Positions 39,125-51,934 of a stretch of 64,000 bases of DNA are shown here, piece by piece (position 1 is the stretch's first letter; every line of letters begins with the position of its first letter). The stretch lies in the NCBI RefSeq assembly GCF_030028105.1, contig NC_092399.1, forward strand, positions 9,920,001 to 9,984,000. Direction: 5' to 3'. Under the pieces are notes generated by a model. It saw only the letters and a list, made by a program, of their open reading frames with translations. It did no database searches and was not told the origin of the DNA. Source of the DNA: Mobula birostris. Its lineage: Eukaryota. The translations under genes and the position numbers were made by a program.

Positions 39125-41903
39125 GTAAGATCTGAAGTGACATTTTTTTTTAAATGTAGAGGTTTCGATTTAAATTACTTGCTTTTTTTTGGAAGTCTTA
39201 ATTTATAAGGTCATTTTATGCGCTGTTGTTGAGTATGACGCAGTCTTTTATTGAAGGTGGACGGGGGCTTAGTCACGCAGCCAAACTCAGTTTTTGAGGT
39301 AGTTTTGGAAACAAAAAATACTGGCAAGGACAATAAAGATTTAGTCAGTGTTTCTGTCGGTGTCATTTTATCTGAGGCTAAAATGTCTTCGTCACTCTCA
39401 CAACCGCCTGCCTGACCTGTTGAGCGTTTCTAACAGTTTCTGGTCATAGTTAAATATAACGTACCCGCGGTTTCTGGAATTTGTTTAAAAAAACTTTTGT
39501 ACCTGAGGTATTTTGTTGTTTAGGTCGCAGAGTCAGCAGCTAAATTCGAGGGTCAACGTCTATAGGTCGGGTTCATAAAATACAGATGAGATTGGGGTCA
39601 AAGTCATTGCTTGGGCGTGCTTGGAGAGAGTGGACAGACCCAGGGTATTTGACATCGAAATGTTTAATTTCGTGAAACAATCACTATAAATCGGTAATCT
39701 ATCAGTACCGAATTGTTCCTTTAACTTTTTTTTAAACCGTTGACGACAATTTGCATGACTATAGGAAGTAGAGGCTGAACCTCTAGGATCTGATGACCTT
39801 TGTCATTAAGATTATGTTAATCCTTTTATTACTTAATCGGACTGCCCCACCCTCCAACCGTTTTAGTTTCGTGAACCCTCAAGCATTGAAATGTTCTGGA
39901 AAAAGTCCTAATTCGCCATTGGATGGCAGTGGTGAGTTAATAAGATGCTCACGTAGGGACTCTTATGCTGATCCTTGGGCAAGCATTCCCTAATTGCTTC
40001 TCAAGATAGCAACTTGGTCACTTTTTGTATTGGCAGTTTCAATTTAATAAGGAAAAATGTTTTCTTAATGGGTCCAATCTAAAAATGAATGTAGCACTTC
40101 TTAAAAAGTGAACTATGATAGAGTCCAGGTAAGTTGATGGGGCCAATAGGATGGAGGTACTTGAGTATTTTCCCCTAGTGTGAAGAGAAAGTAGCACAGG
40201 TATTGCTATCCAGCATGCAAATCAAAGGACAGGATTCACTGAATTGAACTATTGCCTGGATTTTGTGGTAATGGTCAATATACAATGAAGCTTTTAGCTG
40301 GAAACATCTAGAATGCAACTGACCAATTAAATACTGTCACAAAAATCTAATAAGATGGAGTATAATGAACTGTATAGCTGCAGTTACTGGTTAGCAATCT
40401 ATGGCTGTATAAAACAAAAGTCTTGTAAACTTCTAGGAGAAATATCCTACTTAAAAATTAATTCTAAAAAAATTAAAATATTTTTAATCCTGTCTAATTT
40501 GCCTTCAACTTTAATCGCATGCATATGTTACCAGTCTACCACTTTCTAAAAGTTTAAAATCTGTATAGCGTTTACTTGTACTGTTAGAATATTGTTGTTT
40601 GGCTTCCCATCCAATTTACTAATATTGTAAGTCAGACTTCCATTTAAACAAGGTCTTGACCACCTTGACAAAAGGTGGAGGTGGTGGGAAGAGTCCATTT
40701 CGGTTCTGGATCTTGAGGTAGTGTTTTGTTTAAGAAAATTGAATTTCAGTGATTTAGATTGCAGTATCAAATTTGAGCTGCAATAAGGTCAATGACTTGT
40801 TTTAAACTGGGAATTTAAAAAAAAAGTGTCTTTGACCTGGAGGCAGTGTTGGCAGTGAGTGGACTTTGGTATTGATGAAAGTAGAGTCTATGAAAGTCTG
40901 TGATTTGGGTATTGAATGTATATGGAAATAGTTATTGGAAAGGGTTTTGTGGCATACAGAGATGGATAATCAGGTTCATTTTTCAATAAGTAGGATATAA
41001 ACTTTTGCGAGTTGAGTCCTCGATGGAACTTTAATTACTGTAAATTGAACTACAGATAGTATCTGCACTTTAGCAGTGTGATAATAAAAATTGCTCACTT
41101 GAAATTGTCAATTTTAACTTGTAACTTTTATTTCTTTGTGTGTGTGTATATATATCTGATGTATCTACACATGGAGAGAATTGTGTTGCAGATCAGCAGC
41201 CTCCCTGTAATTGCATAAACATAAGTGTCCCATGTTTCAATTTAATTTTTCTATGTGTTAGCAGGCCAGATTCAACTGATTTATCCTGGGAACTGATGAA
41301 AAAGAAATCCAGCTTTGGTAAGTTTGGTATTGATGTATTTTTTCCCTTCAATGCAAAGAAGGTTAAGGATTCAATTAAAATTCAGTCTCATCTATTTGAT
41401 ACAATAAAAAAAATCTGTACAGTACTTGGAAATTGTCCTAACTAAGGGGTTTAATTGAAATTATTTGGCCAAGAGAACCAGAAGAAAAATGGAAGATTTT
41501 GTATGTTCAATTGATCATAACATTGCTTGAAAAGAAAATCTAATATATAGCAGTTACAGTACTTTTGAAGCAGAATAAGATCTACTTGCAGTGAACTAGG
41601 AATTACTTGGAAAAGGAGATCTGTGCAGGAGAATGGAGCACTTGAACTAATATAAAGATTTTAGAGCCAGCATAGCCAAATGAGTAAGGGACTTCCTGTG
41701 TGTTAAAGTTCGAAGAAATAAAGTTGTATTTCATTTTTAGTTACTGAATTTGACTATAAATGCAGTACTAGAAAATAGCAGCTGAAATTTGTACCATTTG
41801 AATTAATTCAGTTTGTGTAAGTACTTGAAATATGGCGTTGGTATCTGGTGACTCTGCGCATGCTCTCCCGAGCAAACTGCCCTCTATGCTATCCTATACT
41901 GAC

Positions 41904-41905
41904 TT

Positions 41906-41941
<36 letters not shown>

Positions 41942-41965
41942 CTCTTTCCCCCCCCCCCCCACCCC
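41904..41965. repeat. (CT)n plus poly-C tract forming the polypyrimidine tract of the RSRP1 exon 2 acceptor
   Basis: Seen directly. Confidence 0.9.
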
Positions 41966-41972
41966 AGGTAAA

Positions 41973-42792
41973 ATGCATTTGCATAATCTGGAACGTGAAC
42001 AAATGTCTGAAATGAAGTGGGGAAAAGATAGGTGCAGTATACAGAAGAAGAAGGCTGAGAAAATTGCAATTGGTGTGGATGAATTGTGTCTTGCTTCAGA
42101 TAAGCCTCAAAAGTGTAAGAGAGTGTCACGGTCCAGAACTCCAGGCTATCAGAAATGCAAAATCTTGAAGTCAGGTTCAGTATCATCTTTGGGAAGTTGT
42201 TGTTCATCTTCTGCTACCTCTCGGTCAGATTCTGTTTCATCCTCTGCCAGCTCACGATCTGGTTCGATGTCATCATCGAGTTGCTCTCGATCGAGTTCGG
42301 TATCGTCATCCTGTAGCTCTCGTTCCAGTTCAGTCTCATCTTCTGGTAGCTCTCAGTCAGATTCAATGTCCTCTTCTGGCAGTTCCAGATCAAGTTCGGT
42401 GTCCTCGTCAGGCAGTTCCTATTTGGGTTCTGTGTCCCCATTAAAAAGGTACCGATCAAGTTCAAAATACACTAATTCGGCTTCAAGGTCAAGATGTGTA
42501 TCACGTGAGAAGAGATACAAAAGATTAAGAGGAACCCATTCAAGATCCCGGTCTCGAAGCTGCTCAAGGTCTTGTTACCGAAGATCAAGATATCATATGT
42601 CGTATCGGTCAGCCCTCGGGTACCGATCAAGATCTAGGTCTAGCTTGAGGTACAGAAGATCCCGCTCAGGATCAAGGTCAAGATATTCATCCAGGCGTCC
42701 AAGGAACTACCATAGTTTTATGTACAGAACCCATTCTCCACACAGAAGTCGAAGCAGATCAAGGGGAAGATCTATTCACTTAACACAAAAAG
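41973..42792 (+). CDS. RSRP1: RSRP1 large Ser/Arg-rich coding exon (start ATG uncertain: 41973, 42003 or 42012)
   Basis: Acceptor after a long pyrimidine tract (AG 41966-41967), RS-rich ORF, AAAG|GTAGAA donor, phase 1 into the next exon. Confidence 0.85.
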
Positions 42793-43883
42793 GTAGAATA
42801 TATTGAAATTATAAGGAATATGAATAATCATGAATGGATGTGGGAGTAACCATTTGATCTCTTGATTTCTAGTCTTTATTCAACTGCATAAGTACTTTCC
42901 CTGAAATTTCATGATTCCTATGTCCAAAAATCCTTTGATCTGATGTTAATGAAGTTTAATGACCCTTAGTTTTCAATAGTGAAGTCCAAAAATTTACCAG
43001 AGGAAAATACTTAGTCCCAAATGGCGAAGCGATTATTTTGAGATTTCTCAATCAGAGCATCTTCCAATATATACCCTGTCTAAGTTCTTACGATTTTTGA
43101 CTTTTCAGTAAGGTCTATTCATTCCTCTAAACTAAAAGCCTGGCTGTCTTGACACTCCTGCCATGCCAGGGATCAGTTCATTCCCTCTAACAAACATATG
43201 CAAGATGTGGTCTTGTTAAAGACAGATGTAATTGTAGTGAAACATCTTTACACTAGTCTATAAATAAGGCAAATGTTATCACGCTCCTTTCTGTTTACCT
43301 GCTGTAGCTACATGTTGACGTTCAGTGAGTTATTCAACGCATCCAGGTCGTTGAACATGAGCATTTCCCAACTTCTCATTCAAAGTATCCCATTTTTGTG
43401 TAAATCATTGAAGTGGCTCGCCTTGTATTTTCTAAACTAACTATTTGTCTATGTTGCTTTCTGTTTCAGCTCTTGTACAATCCTGCTAAAGCCTATATAC
43501 ATTTTCGTTACTTCACATTAGTTTTGTCTTTAGCAAGCTTGAAAACATTGCTTTTGATCTCTTCAGACTAACTTGTAGATAGGGAATAGATGTTGCCCCA
43601 GCACTAATCCCTAGTGGCCCACTAGTTTATCTTCCCTAAATGTTCTTGGTTAACTTGCTGTGTCCTCCAATTCCATGTGCTCTTTTCAGCAATTTTAATG
43701 GCCCCTTGTGAAAATAATTGGTATATCACATCCACAAGTTTTCCTCCTTGCAGCTTTTGCCATTTAGTTTTAGGTATTATCCTCAAAGCTCCCAATTGCC
43801 CATCAACATTTTGCATTTGGTCATGTGTTTTTCTAAGTTTGAAGGGTAGCAACCTAAAGTTTATTAATGCTGTGTTCTTTCAG

Positions 43884-44047
43884 ATAAAAATACTTTGCTT
43901 GAAATAGCAAAGGCAAATGCTGATAAATTATTTGGAAAAAGCAATATTCAGATGCCACCTAGCCTGAAGCCTACCAATCCTTTCAGAGATGAGAATTATA
44001 ATTTTGGGAAGTCCAACATTGATGCAGCTAAAGAGATGATCAGAAGG
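43884..44047 (+). CDS. RSRP1: RSRP1 exon (DKNTLLEIAKANADKLFGKSNIQMPPSLKP...EMIRR)
   Basis: TTTCAG acceptor, GTGAGT donor; conserved LLEIAKxNA motif of RSRP1. Confidence 0.92.
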
Positions 44048-47000
44048 GTGAGTGATAACATTTCATTACATTGAAGAAATTTCTTTTTGCATGTTTGAAT
44101 GTAGAAGGTTACTTCTGTCCAAATATTTGAACACCAACTCCTGCACTATTAGTTGTGTGATCTTAGCTATGAAGTCACCGTTGTCCATTTAAGTACATTT
44201 TGACTCTTTCATACTGGTGTTCCTGTGTTCGGGTAGAATAAATTGAGTTGTACTCCTTTTGTAACTTGGCTTTTAATTGCATTGGTTTGTTATCCAAATT
44301 GTTTTGAGCAAACTCAGTTTTACTCTAATTTCTAATGAGAAATGTAAGATACTTACAATTGTAGTCATTCCTAGATTAACATAGAAATGTTTTCTCGGCT
44401 AGGCAATGAGGAATTTCCAATTTATAGTTCTTTACAAATTCTGGACATTCCCTAAAGTGAATTCTTGGTCCTCAAGTATATTAATCATAATTGGGAGATT
44501 GTATTGTGCAGTAATGATTCAGCCAGCTTGTTTTACTCAACATGTCATTCAAACACTTTCCATATAAAAGCTATAAATTTGGTTTGTATGACTTGATTTA
44601 TTTCTGTTTTATAGAAGCCTTGAAATGGACTGCACTTCTTGGAAGATATGAGGTGGTATCTTTGTATCTGCATGTGTGCAGTTATTAGGGGCAGCTTGGC
44701 CAGTGTAATAACTAAAGATGGCTTTAAAAGATGTGATTATAAATGAACCTATGGCACTATCTACACCGTAAACAAATGCATTTTATCATTATGAAAACGA
44801 TGGCTTTCCATATCTGTGCGTGAGGGATGAAGCATTCTGTTTTGTATTTTTTCTTCTGATCAGGGAGCTTGTGACCTCTATCAAGCCATCTTGTAGAAGT
44901 AAGGGGAGAATGGAGAAGCTTGGTGTATTTCTTCCCAGTCAAAAGTCAAGGCAGTGCTATATTTGGTACTTCATTATACTGCATTGTCTCCTAATTAGTT
45001 TTGTCATGATACATTTTAATTCCAGCAGGCCAAATGATATTTAGTTAATCTTGATGGGAATCGAGTGACATGTGAACCATTTGCCTATGTCCATTTCATT
45101 TAAGAAGTCTGGCAGCTGACAGAATTTTGGATGGAAATAAGCAGCTTCATTGATGTTGCTGTTTGTGTAAATATACTGTTCAGCCCAGCTGCAAATTGCA
45201 TTGCACACGAGCCTCTTTCCATTCACCTGTTGTAGCCCTTTTGTACATTTTCCTTTTCTCTTGTGTATTATTTCTCTTGAAAGCTATTTAACTGGGCTAC
45301 TTGGGTGGTGCTATGAATAAAACAATCCATTATGCTGGTGCCATCTTTTCCCCAACTCCTCCCCTTCCATGGTGATTGCACTGTCCTTCATCTAAGATGG
45401 AGGTGACTATCCTGCACTCAAATCTGGCTTGTCCTGTATAAATCTGATTCTGTTCTTTCTGTTGGCACTTTTAACTGTGCCTATTTTCATGTCTGTAGTC
45501 TGAAATTCTTTACTCTTCTATCCATTATTTTTTTTCTGAATATGTAGGTGATATTTCTATTCCCAACTTTCCTACCAAAGTAAATCACAGATTCAATGAA
45601 TTTAATTTGCCATCTAAGTGGTTAACTTTCAATATTTCATTGTTACTACTTCTAATGTGTATGTTTTGATACTATAATATTTCCAGAACCAATATTTTCA
45701 ATATTGATCATTGTAGAACATTGCTTTCTAATATCTTTATCCAGTAACTCTGCATTACACCTGCTAATTTGCCTTCCATTGTTACTTCCTTGCTCCATAT
45801 CATCTGATCTTTGAGAATCCCAGATCAAACTTCAGTTTACATTATGTGGATGGGAAAGAGCCATTTGTTTTTTTTTAATAATTACTTTTTATGGACTCTA
45901 GAGGCTACTTTAAACTTAGCAATTGAAAGAAATGCCAGTATAATAAGGAAAGGTTTTTGCCGTGATTGATTGCAACAGTAGGTAGGCATGGTGTTACTTC
46001 TATTAGCACTAACACTGTCAACAGTTCAACACAACTGACTTTGCTTTTCAAACTTAGGCAATCCATGTTAACCAAATTGTTCATCCAGATGACCCATCAA
46101 TAACTAGTTAAGTATAAACTTACATTTTTAGTAAAAACCATTTATATAGACAAGAATCAGCCTTGAACTTGATAGTTTGGATCATAAGATGCAATTGTAC
46201 AAAGATCAGTTTGCTAAGGGAACACTAACTACCTGCTCTCTGTAGGGTTGAGCCATAAATAAAATTAATGTTTGCACATTTTAATAGCATTGCACTACCC
46301 CTGCTTTGGCCTATGATCCAAGAAACCTGTCGTGTTTCAGACACCTGTTTCCTAGCGGAATTTAATGTTCAAATTGGCTTGAATTTAAACAGCTCACAGC
46401 CCAGCTTTAATTGGAATGTGTCTTGCTACTACCTCAGTTTTGTTCAGAGCAGGAGTCTACCCTCAAAAGATACTGAATTGACTGATAATAGCTATGTAAT
46501 AGCTGAAGTTAAGGTATGAGGCATTATTGGATGCAGAATGGAGGGTGCTTTGCTCTGCATGTTAATAGTGCACTTGACCTTGGAGTGATAGATCTAATAC
46601 TGGGCCAGAAAGCCCACTTGTTACTCATAAACAGAAGGTAAACAAAACTATCATGCCATGCTTTATGCAGCAATGATGTATTTTACTTGGAATAACATTT
46701 TTAGTTCGCAATGTCTGGAACACAGTTAAAGTATTAAGTAGTTTAAATAATGACACTCAAGTCTACATAACTTGGATCAGTCCTTGATGTTGGTTATCTA
46801 TGATTTCCCATTGATAAATCACTTAGTTCCTTCAAGGGCACTGAGGCATATGAAGCTGAGGTTTGACTAATTTCTGCTGTTGGATTTGGTATTGTCCATG
46901 CATAACTTCTGTTCTAGGATTTTCTTGTCCTCATAACTTATTCACTGTGTTCCAGGAGGTTTTGAATATCAGATCATTGCCGAAGAAGAGGCCAACGTTT

Positions 47001-47522
47001 TTTGAAGATAAGTTCATTGGCTTTATAGCCTAGAATATGTTATCAACATGGCTGCATTCAGTTGTACACTCAAATATCATTTGACACATTACAGAAAGTG
47101 CTTGAAAGCATTTGTGCTCTTAATGGGAATTACCATGGAACCAAATAAATGCTTATGGTAATTCAGACTGGTGTAAATCTTGTTACAGATTTCAAGTAAT
47201 TTGTACTCAAACTTGATTAGAAATTTTAGAACCTCAGCATTACAAATTTCAATCTTTATTCTTTGTTGAATATGCTAAAGTGAGGTTCATGTTTTCTGAA
47301 TTGTTGGCCATTTGGTGCACATTTTCAGAGCTAGTATAGTGCCAAGCTGCAAGAATCAGTATCAACTTTCCTGCAGATTCTACCACAACAGGTAGAATGA
47401 TAGTGACATGTATTTTGAAATCTACTGATAGAGTAATGGGTTTGTCCAACCAGTGCTACATGTTTTAACTCTGATTGTTAATCACAGTTTTCATTGGATT
47501 GGACTTTGTTTTTCTAATGCAG

Positions 47523-47621
47523 AAACAAGCAAATGAAGATGAAGAGGATGAACCAGTTCAGAAGTTAGGAAGTGCCCCTTCTAGATCGGAAACAAACCAC
47601 TGGATAGCCTTCAGTGTTAAA
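47523..47621 (+). CDS. RSRP1: RSRP1 exon (KQANEDEEDEPVQKLGSAPSRSETNHWIAFSVK)
   Basis: 99 nt, phase 0/0, GTAAGT donor, IAFS motif. Confidence 0.88.
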
Positions 47622-48038
47622 GTAAGTAGACACTTTAAAATAAAGAATATTGATTGAATATTAAGCAAAATTTACTAAAACAGTAGCAACTTCTCATTCA
47701 ATGGTGTTCTCCTTGTCTGATGCTGGAGATTATACACTGTATGTAATTTAAATTTTGACTGGTTTCCTGCCCATGAAGCATTGCTTTGTGTATTGAGTGA
47801 TGGGCTTCAGCTCAAGACTACCTCAGTTATTTTTGAAACCTGTGGTAGCTTGCATTTCTACGTATCACTTCTGTGTAATTAGATCAAATTGATAAATCTA
47901 TTGCATTGTGGTTCTGGAGCAATGTTGGCATAGGCTGACAAACTTGTGTATTTAAATTCCTGTAGTTAAAATGTAACTTCCATGCAGACTATTACGATGA
48001 CCCTTGGAATTTACTTACGTAGTCTCATTATTTTGCAG

Positions 48039-48185
48039 AATGCGGTAGCAAAACCATTGAATCAAAAGTCACCAAGTGGCCCTGTTAAAGGGTCTCCTGA
48101 GAATAAACAGAAAAGAAGCCCATATGGACAGTGGGTACCGGTACAGAGTGGTCATAAGAGTGGTGGTAGAACAAAGATACAGTGA
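48039..48185 (+). CDS. RSRP1: RSRP1 last coding exon (NAVAKP...KRSPYGQWVPV...*)
   Basis: TTTTGCAG acceptor; NxVAKP and SPYGxWxP motifs; AATAAA at 48510-48515. Confidence 0.92.
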   Translation, partial: NAVAKPLNQKSPSGPVKGSPENKQKRSPYGQWVPVQSGHKSGGRTKIQ

Positions 48186-50429
48186 AGGTTCAGAATAGTG
48201 TTTAAAATTTAAAGTGCATTTGTAATCAGTTATTTTAAGCCAGCTGGATTGAATTTTGTCATGAAACTTGGCATGATTTGTGAAACTTGTATCATAAATG
48301 TGAAACTTTGGAGCCAGTTAAAGTTTTGTATAAATGTTATGCATTTATTTGGATTAACACTTCTCTGTAACATGTTGTGCAGATACTGAGCAATGTTTAG
48401 TATATGATAAATCTTCTGAAATAATACACAGGTAAGGGAAGTAATTTACCAAGATTTCACATGGGGCTTTGTGACAAAATACTTTTTTGTAAATTTTTTT
48501 TCAGAATTCAATAAAGATAATTTATAAATGACTTTTTCTGACTTGGCCTGCAAGTTAATTATGAGAAATCTACATGAAGGTCAAAGAGAAATTTAGAGTA
48601 CATGCATGTCGCCATGTACAACCCCAAGATATTTTTCTGCAGGTATACTTAGCAATTCCATGGAGTGGTGACTCTGAATAGGATCAATGGATAACAAACT
48701 GCCAATACAAATGTAAATAAATAATAAATGAGCATGAAATAACATGATAAAGAGACCTTGGAGTGAGGCCATTAGTTGTGGGAATGCCAGAAGTAGAAGT
48801 ACTGTAGTTATCCCTTTTTGTTCAAGAGCCTGGTGGTTGAGGGGTAGTAACTGTTCTGAACCAGGTGGTCTGAGTCCTGAGGCACTTGTACCTGCTATCT
48901 GATGGCAGCAGCAAGAAGAAGAGCATAGCCTGGGTGGTGAGGATCTTTTCATGGATCCTGCTTTTCTATGGCAGTGCTTCATGTAGATATGCTCAATGCT
49001 TGGGAGGAATTTACTTGTGATGGACTGGGCTAAATCTGCCACCTTGTGTAGGACTTGCTGCTGAAAGGCTTTGGTGTTCCCATACCAGGCTATAATGTAG
49101 TCAGCACATTGTCCACCACACATCTATAGAAGTTTGCCAAGGGTTTTACTGGAGGATCTGGAGAGTTGGGCAGCATCTGTGGAGGGGAATAAACAGTTTG
49201 GTGCTAAGACGCTTCAGATGGAAAGGAAGGGAGCATAAGCCAGAATAAAGTGAGGGGGAGATTGTACATTGGCAGATGATAGGTGGGGGGGGGTGGTCAG
49301 ATGAAGTTGGAAGCTAGGAGGTGATGAAGTGCTGAAGATGGGATCTGATAAGAGTGGGTCAGGGTAGGAAGGGCACCAGAGGGAGATGATGGGCAGGTGA
49401 AAATTGAGGGGAAAGCAACCTATTCTCTCAGACCAACCCCACAGTAAAATACTCCATTCACACACTTCAAGATCGTTAATTTGCACATCCACTGAGACGG
49501 ATCCTTGTGTAGACAAATGCATCTGTAGGACTACATTCTGATTTTAAGTTTAATGGAAATGATGTTTGAAGGAGTTGGCTTGAAAACAGGATACTGCATC
49601 ACTTGTGATTTTTGATATAAATTTCAACATGGACCACAATATTCTTAAAAATGAGCCTTGCACAAATAAGGCTTTGTTATCCTTTTCTGTGAAGATATCC
49701 TGTAACTGTGCAAGCAAGCTCTTTGTTTTGGTGAAATTACAGAAATTAAATATAGGTGAGTACTTGGTCAAATCTCGTATCCCTGTTTTCTCCTTTGTAT
49801 TGCTTCACATTCACTTAGTTGAGGTACCTGATTTCTGACTGCAGCCTCTGTCCAATGAAAGGTGTGAATGTCTTTATTTTTCTTGTGATCACAAGACTCT
49901 TGGATATTGATAATGCAAAATACTGCAAGTCTAGTTCTTTGGTTTATTGATGACCAATGGTAGGTGAGCTGTGCAGCCTTGGTTGCGACATCGACCAGTC
50001 CCTCCTGTTGAGGTGTCGCCTGTTACAGCTACCTAGGGAAGGAGGTGGTGTGTGCACTGGAATTGCAGCCTGAAGATCAGGTCCTCAGGCTGTGACATCA
50101 CCTGTTAAAGCCATACGGGAAGGAGGCAGTGTGGGAGTGAACAGAGGCATGAGGGGTGAATGGGAATCCATACGGGGTTGGAGTCTGGCCATTATAGGCC
50201 AGCTACCCAGTGGGTGCTGCTCTCATGTGTTTTTCTCAATGGAAGATGAGCAGGATTTCCTTCGGCTGCAGGAGATGAGGAACTGCTGCATGCTTATTCT
50301 TTCAAGAACATGGCTAAGCGCAACATCCCATGCACCATCAATCTTCTAGCTGTGCCACTAGGGCTTTTCTGCTAATATTTTGTGATTATGTGCTTTCATA
50401 ACAGTGTGTGCTGTGTGACTGTATGTATG

Positions 50430-51195
50430 TATGCAGCTTAATGTGAAAAAGACTAAGGAGCTGGTGGTAGACCTGAGGAGAGCTAAGGTACCGGTGACCC
50501 CTGTTTCCATCCAGGGGGTCAGGGTGAACATGGAGGATTACAAATACCTGGGGATACGAATTGACAATTAACTGGACTGGTCAAAGAACACTGAGGCTGT
50601 CTACAAGAAGGGTCAGAGGCGTCTCTATTTCCTGAGGAGACTGAGGTCCTTTAACATCTGCTGGAGGATGCTGAGGATGTTCTACGAGTCTGTGGTGGCC
50701 AGTGCTATCATGTTTGCTGTTGTGTGCTGGGGCAGCAGGCTGAGGGTAGCAGACACCAACAGAATCAACAAACTCCTTCGTAAGGCCAGTGATGTTGTGG
50801 GGATGAAACTGGACTCTCTCACGGTGGTGTCTGAAAAGAGGATGCTGTCCAAGTTGCATGCCATCTCGGACAATGTCTCCCATCCACTACATAATGTACT
50901 GGTTGGGCACAGGAGTACATTCAGCCAGAGACTCATTCCACCGAGATGCAACACAGAGCATCATAGGAAGGCATTCCTGCCTGTGGCCATCAAACCTTAC
51001 AACTCCTCCCTTGGAGGGTCAGACACCCTGAGCCGATAAGCTGGTCCTGGACTTATTTCCTGGCATAATTTACATATTACTATTTAACTATTTATGGTGT
51101 TATTACTATATTATTTATGGTGCAACTGTAACGAAAACCAATTTACCCCAGGATCAATAAAGTATGACTAATACTAATAATAATAATACTAATGT
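50430..51195 (+). mobile_element. Rex-type LINE 3' portion, relatively young
   Basis: YKKGQRRLYFLRRLRSF...SHPLH...FLPVAIK; AATAAA plus (TAA)n tail. Confidence 0.88.
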
Positions 51196-51570
51196 ACATT
51201 TAGTTGTATGCATGCGTATGGTTGAATGGCAATTGAACCTGAGTCTGAGTTCTGTGTAGTTTGCTGTGCTTCAGTTCTGGAAGACTACCCTTACACAACG
51301 GCTCATCCGCTGCTACCTCAGTGCTAATAACCAAGGCCAAATCTCACTTGAACGATATGTGCCAGGAAAGTCGTAAGGTTTGTCCATTTATTGCCTGTTT
51401 TCTTTTGGAGACTCCATCATTAATTACTAATGTTAAAAGCATGTAAAGATTTTCCTCTTCTTTGTCAAATATTTCTGAGTTACAGTATTTAGTTCATGGA
51501 AGAACACCGGTTTTTTTTGTGAGATTATATGACTTTGGATGTGATTGCACTCAACAATGCTGCTCCATTT

Positions 51571-51790
51571 TGTTGTGTATTTAATATTTGAGTAATCTTA
51601 TATATTGTTTGATTAAGCATTCTTATTCATTTAAAGAGGTAATTATGGGTTATATGTTTTAATACGTCAACACGCTACCACGTGACACGTGCGCGGCTCA
51701 CTTAAAGTAAACACGAAGTCGGGTCACATTTCGGACTCCCGTGTCTTCCTTTGAATAAGTTTTAATGTTTTGAAATTACAAAACATAACA
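51571..51790 (+). mobile_element. Solo LTR of a Gypsy-like family
   Basis: TGTT...AACA ends, TSD CATTT / CACTT, similar to the LTRs at 56462 and about 57925. Confidence 0.65.
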
Positions 51791-51934
51791 CACTTCCCTG
51801 CTTTTGAACATTTACAAACTTGGGCGTTGCTTCTGGCTGACAGTTTTCTTCCTTTGCTGTTCTCTAAGCGGGGGTACCCAGGACTCCCACTAGATGGCAG
51901 CAACAGAACAACACACAACTTGCTTTTACCATAA

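Noticed and set aside
41832-42806. 324-aa stand-alone RS protein
   Set aside because: It is RSRP1 exon 2 with intronic read-through at both ends
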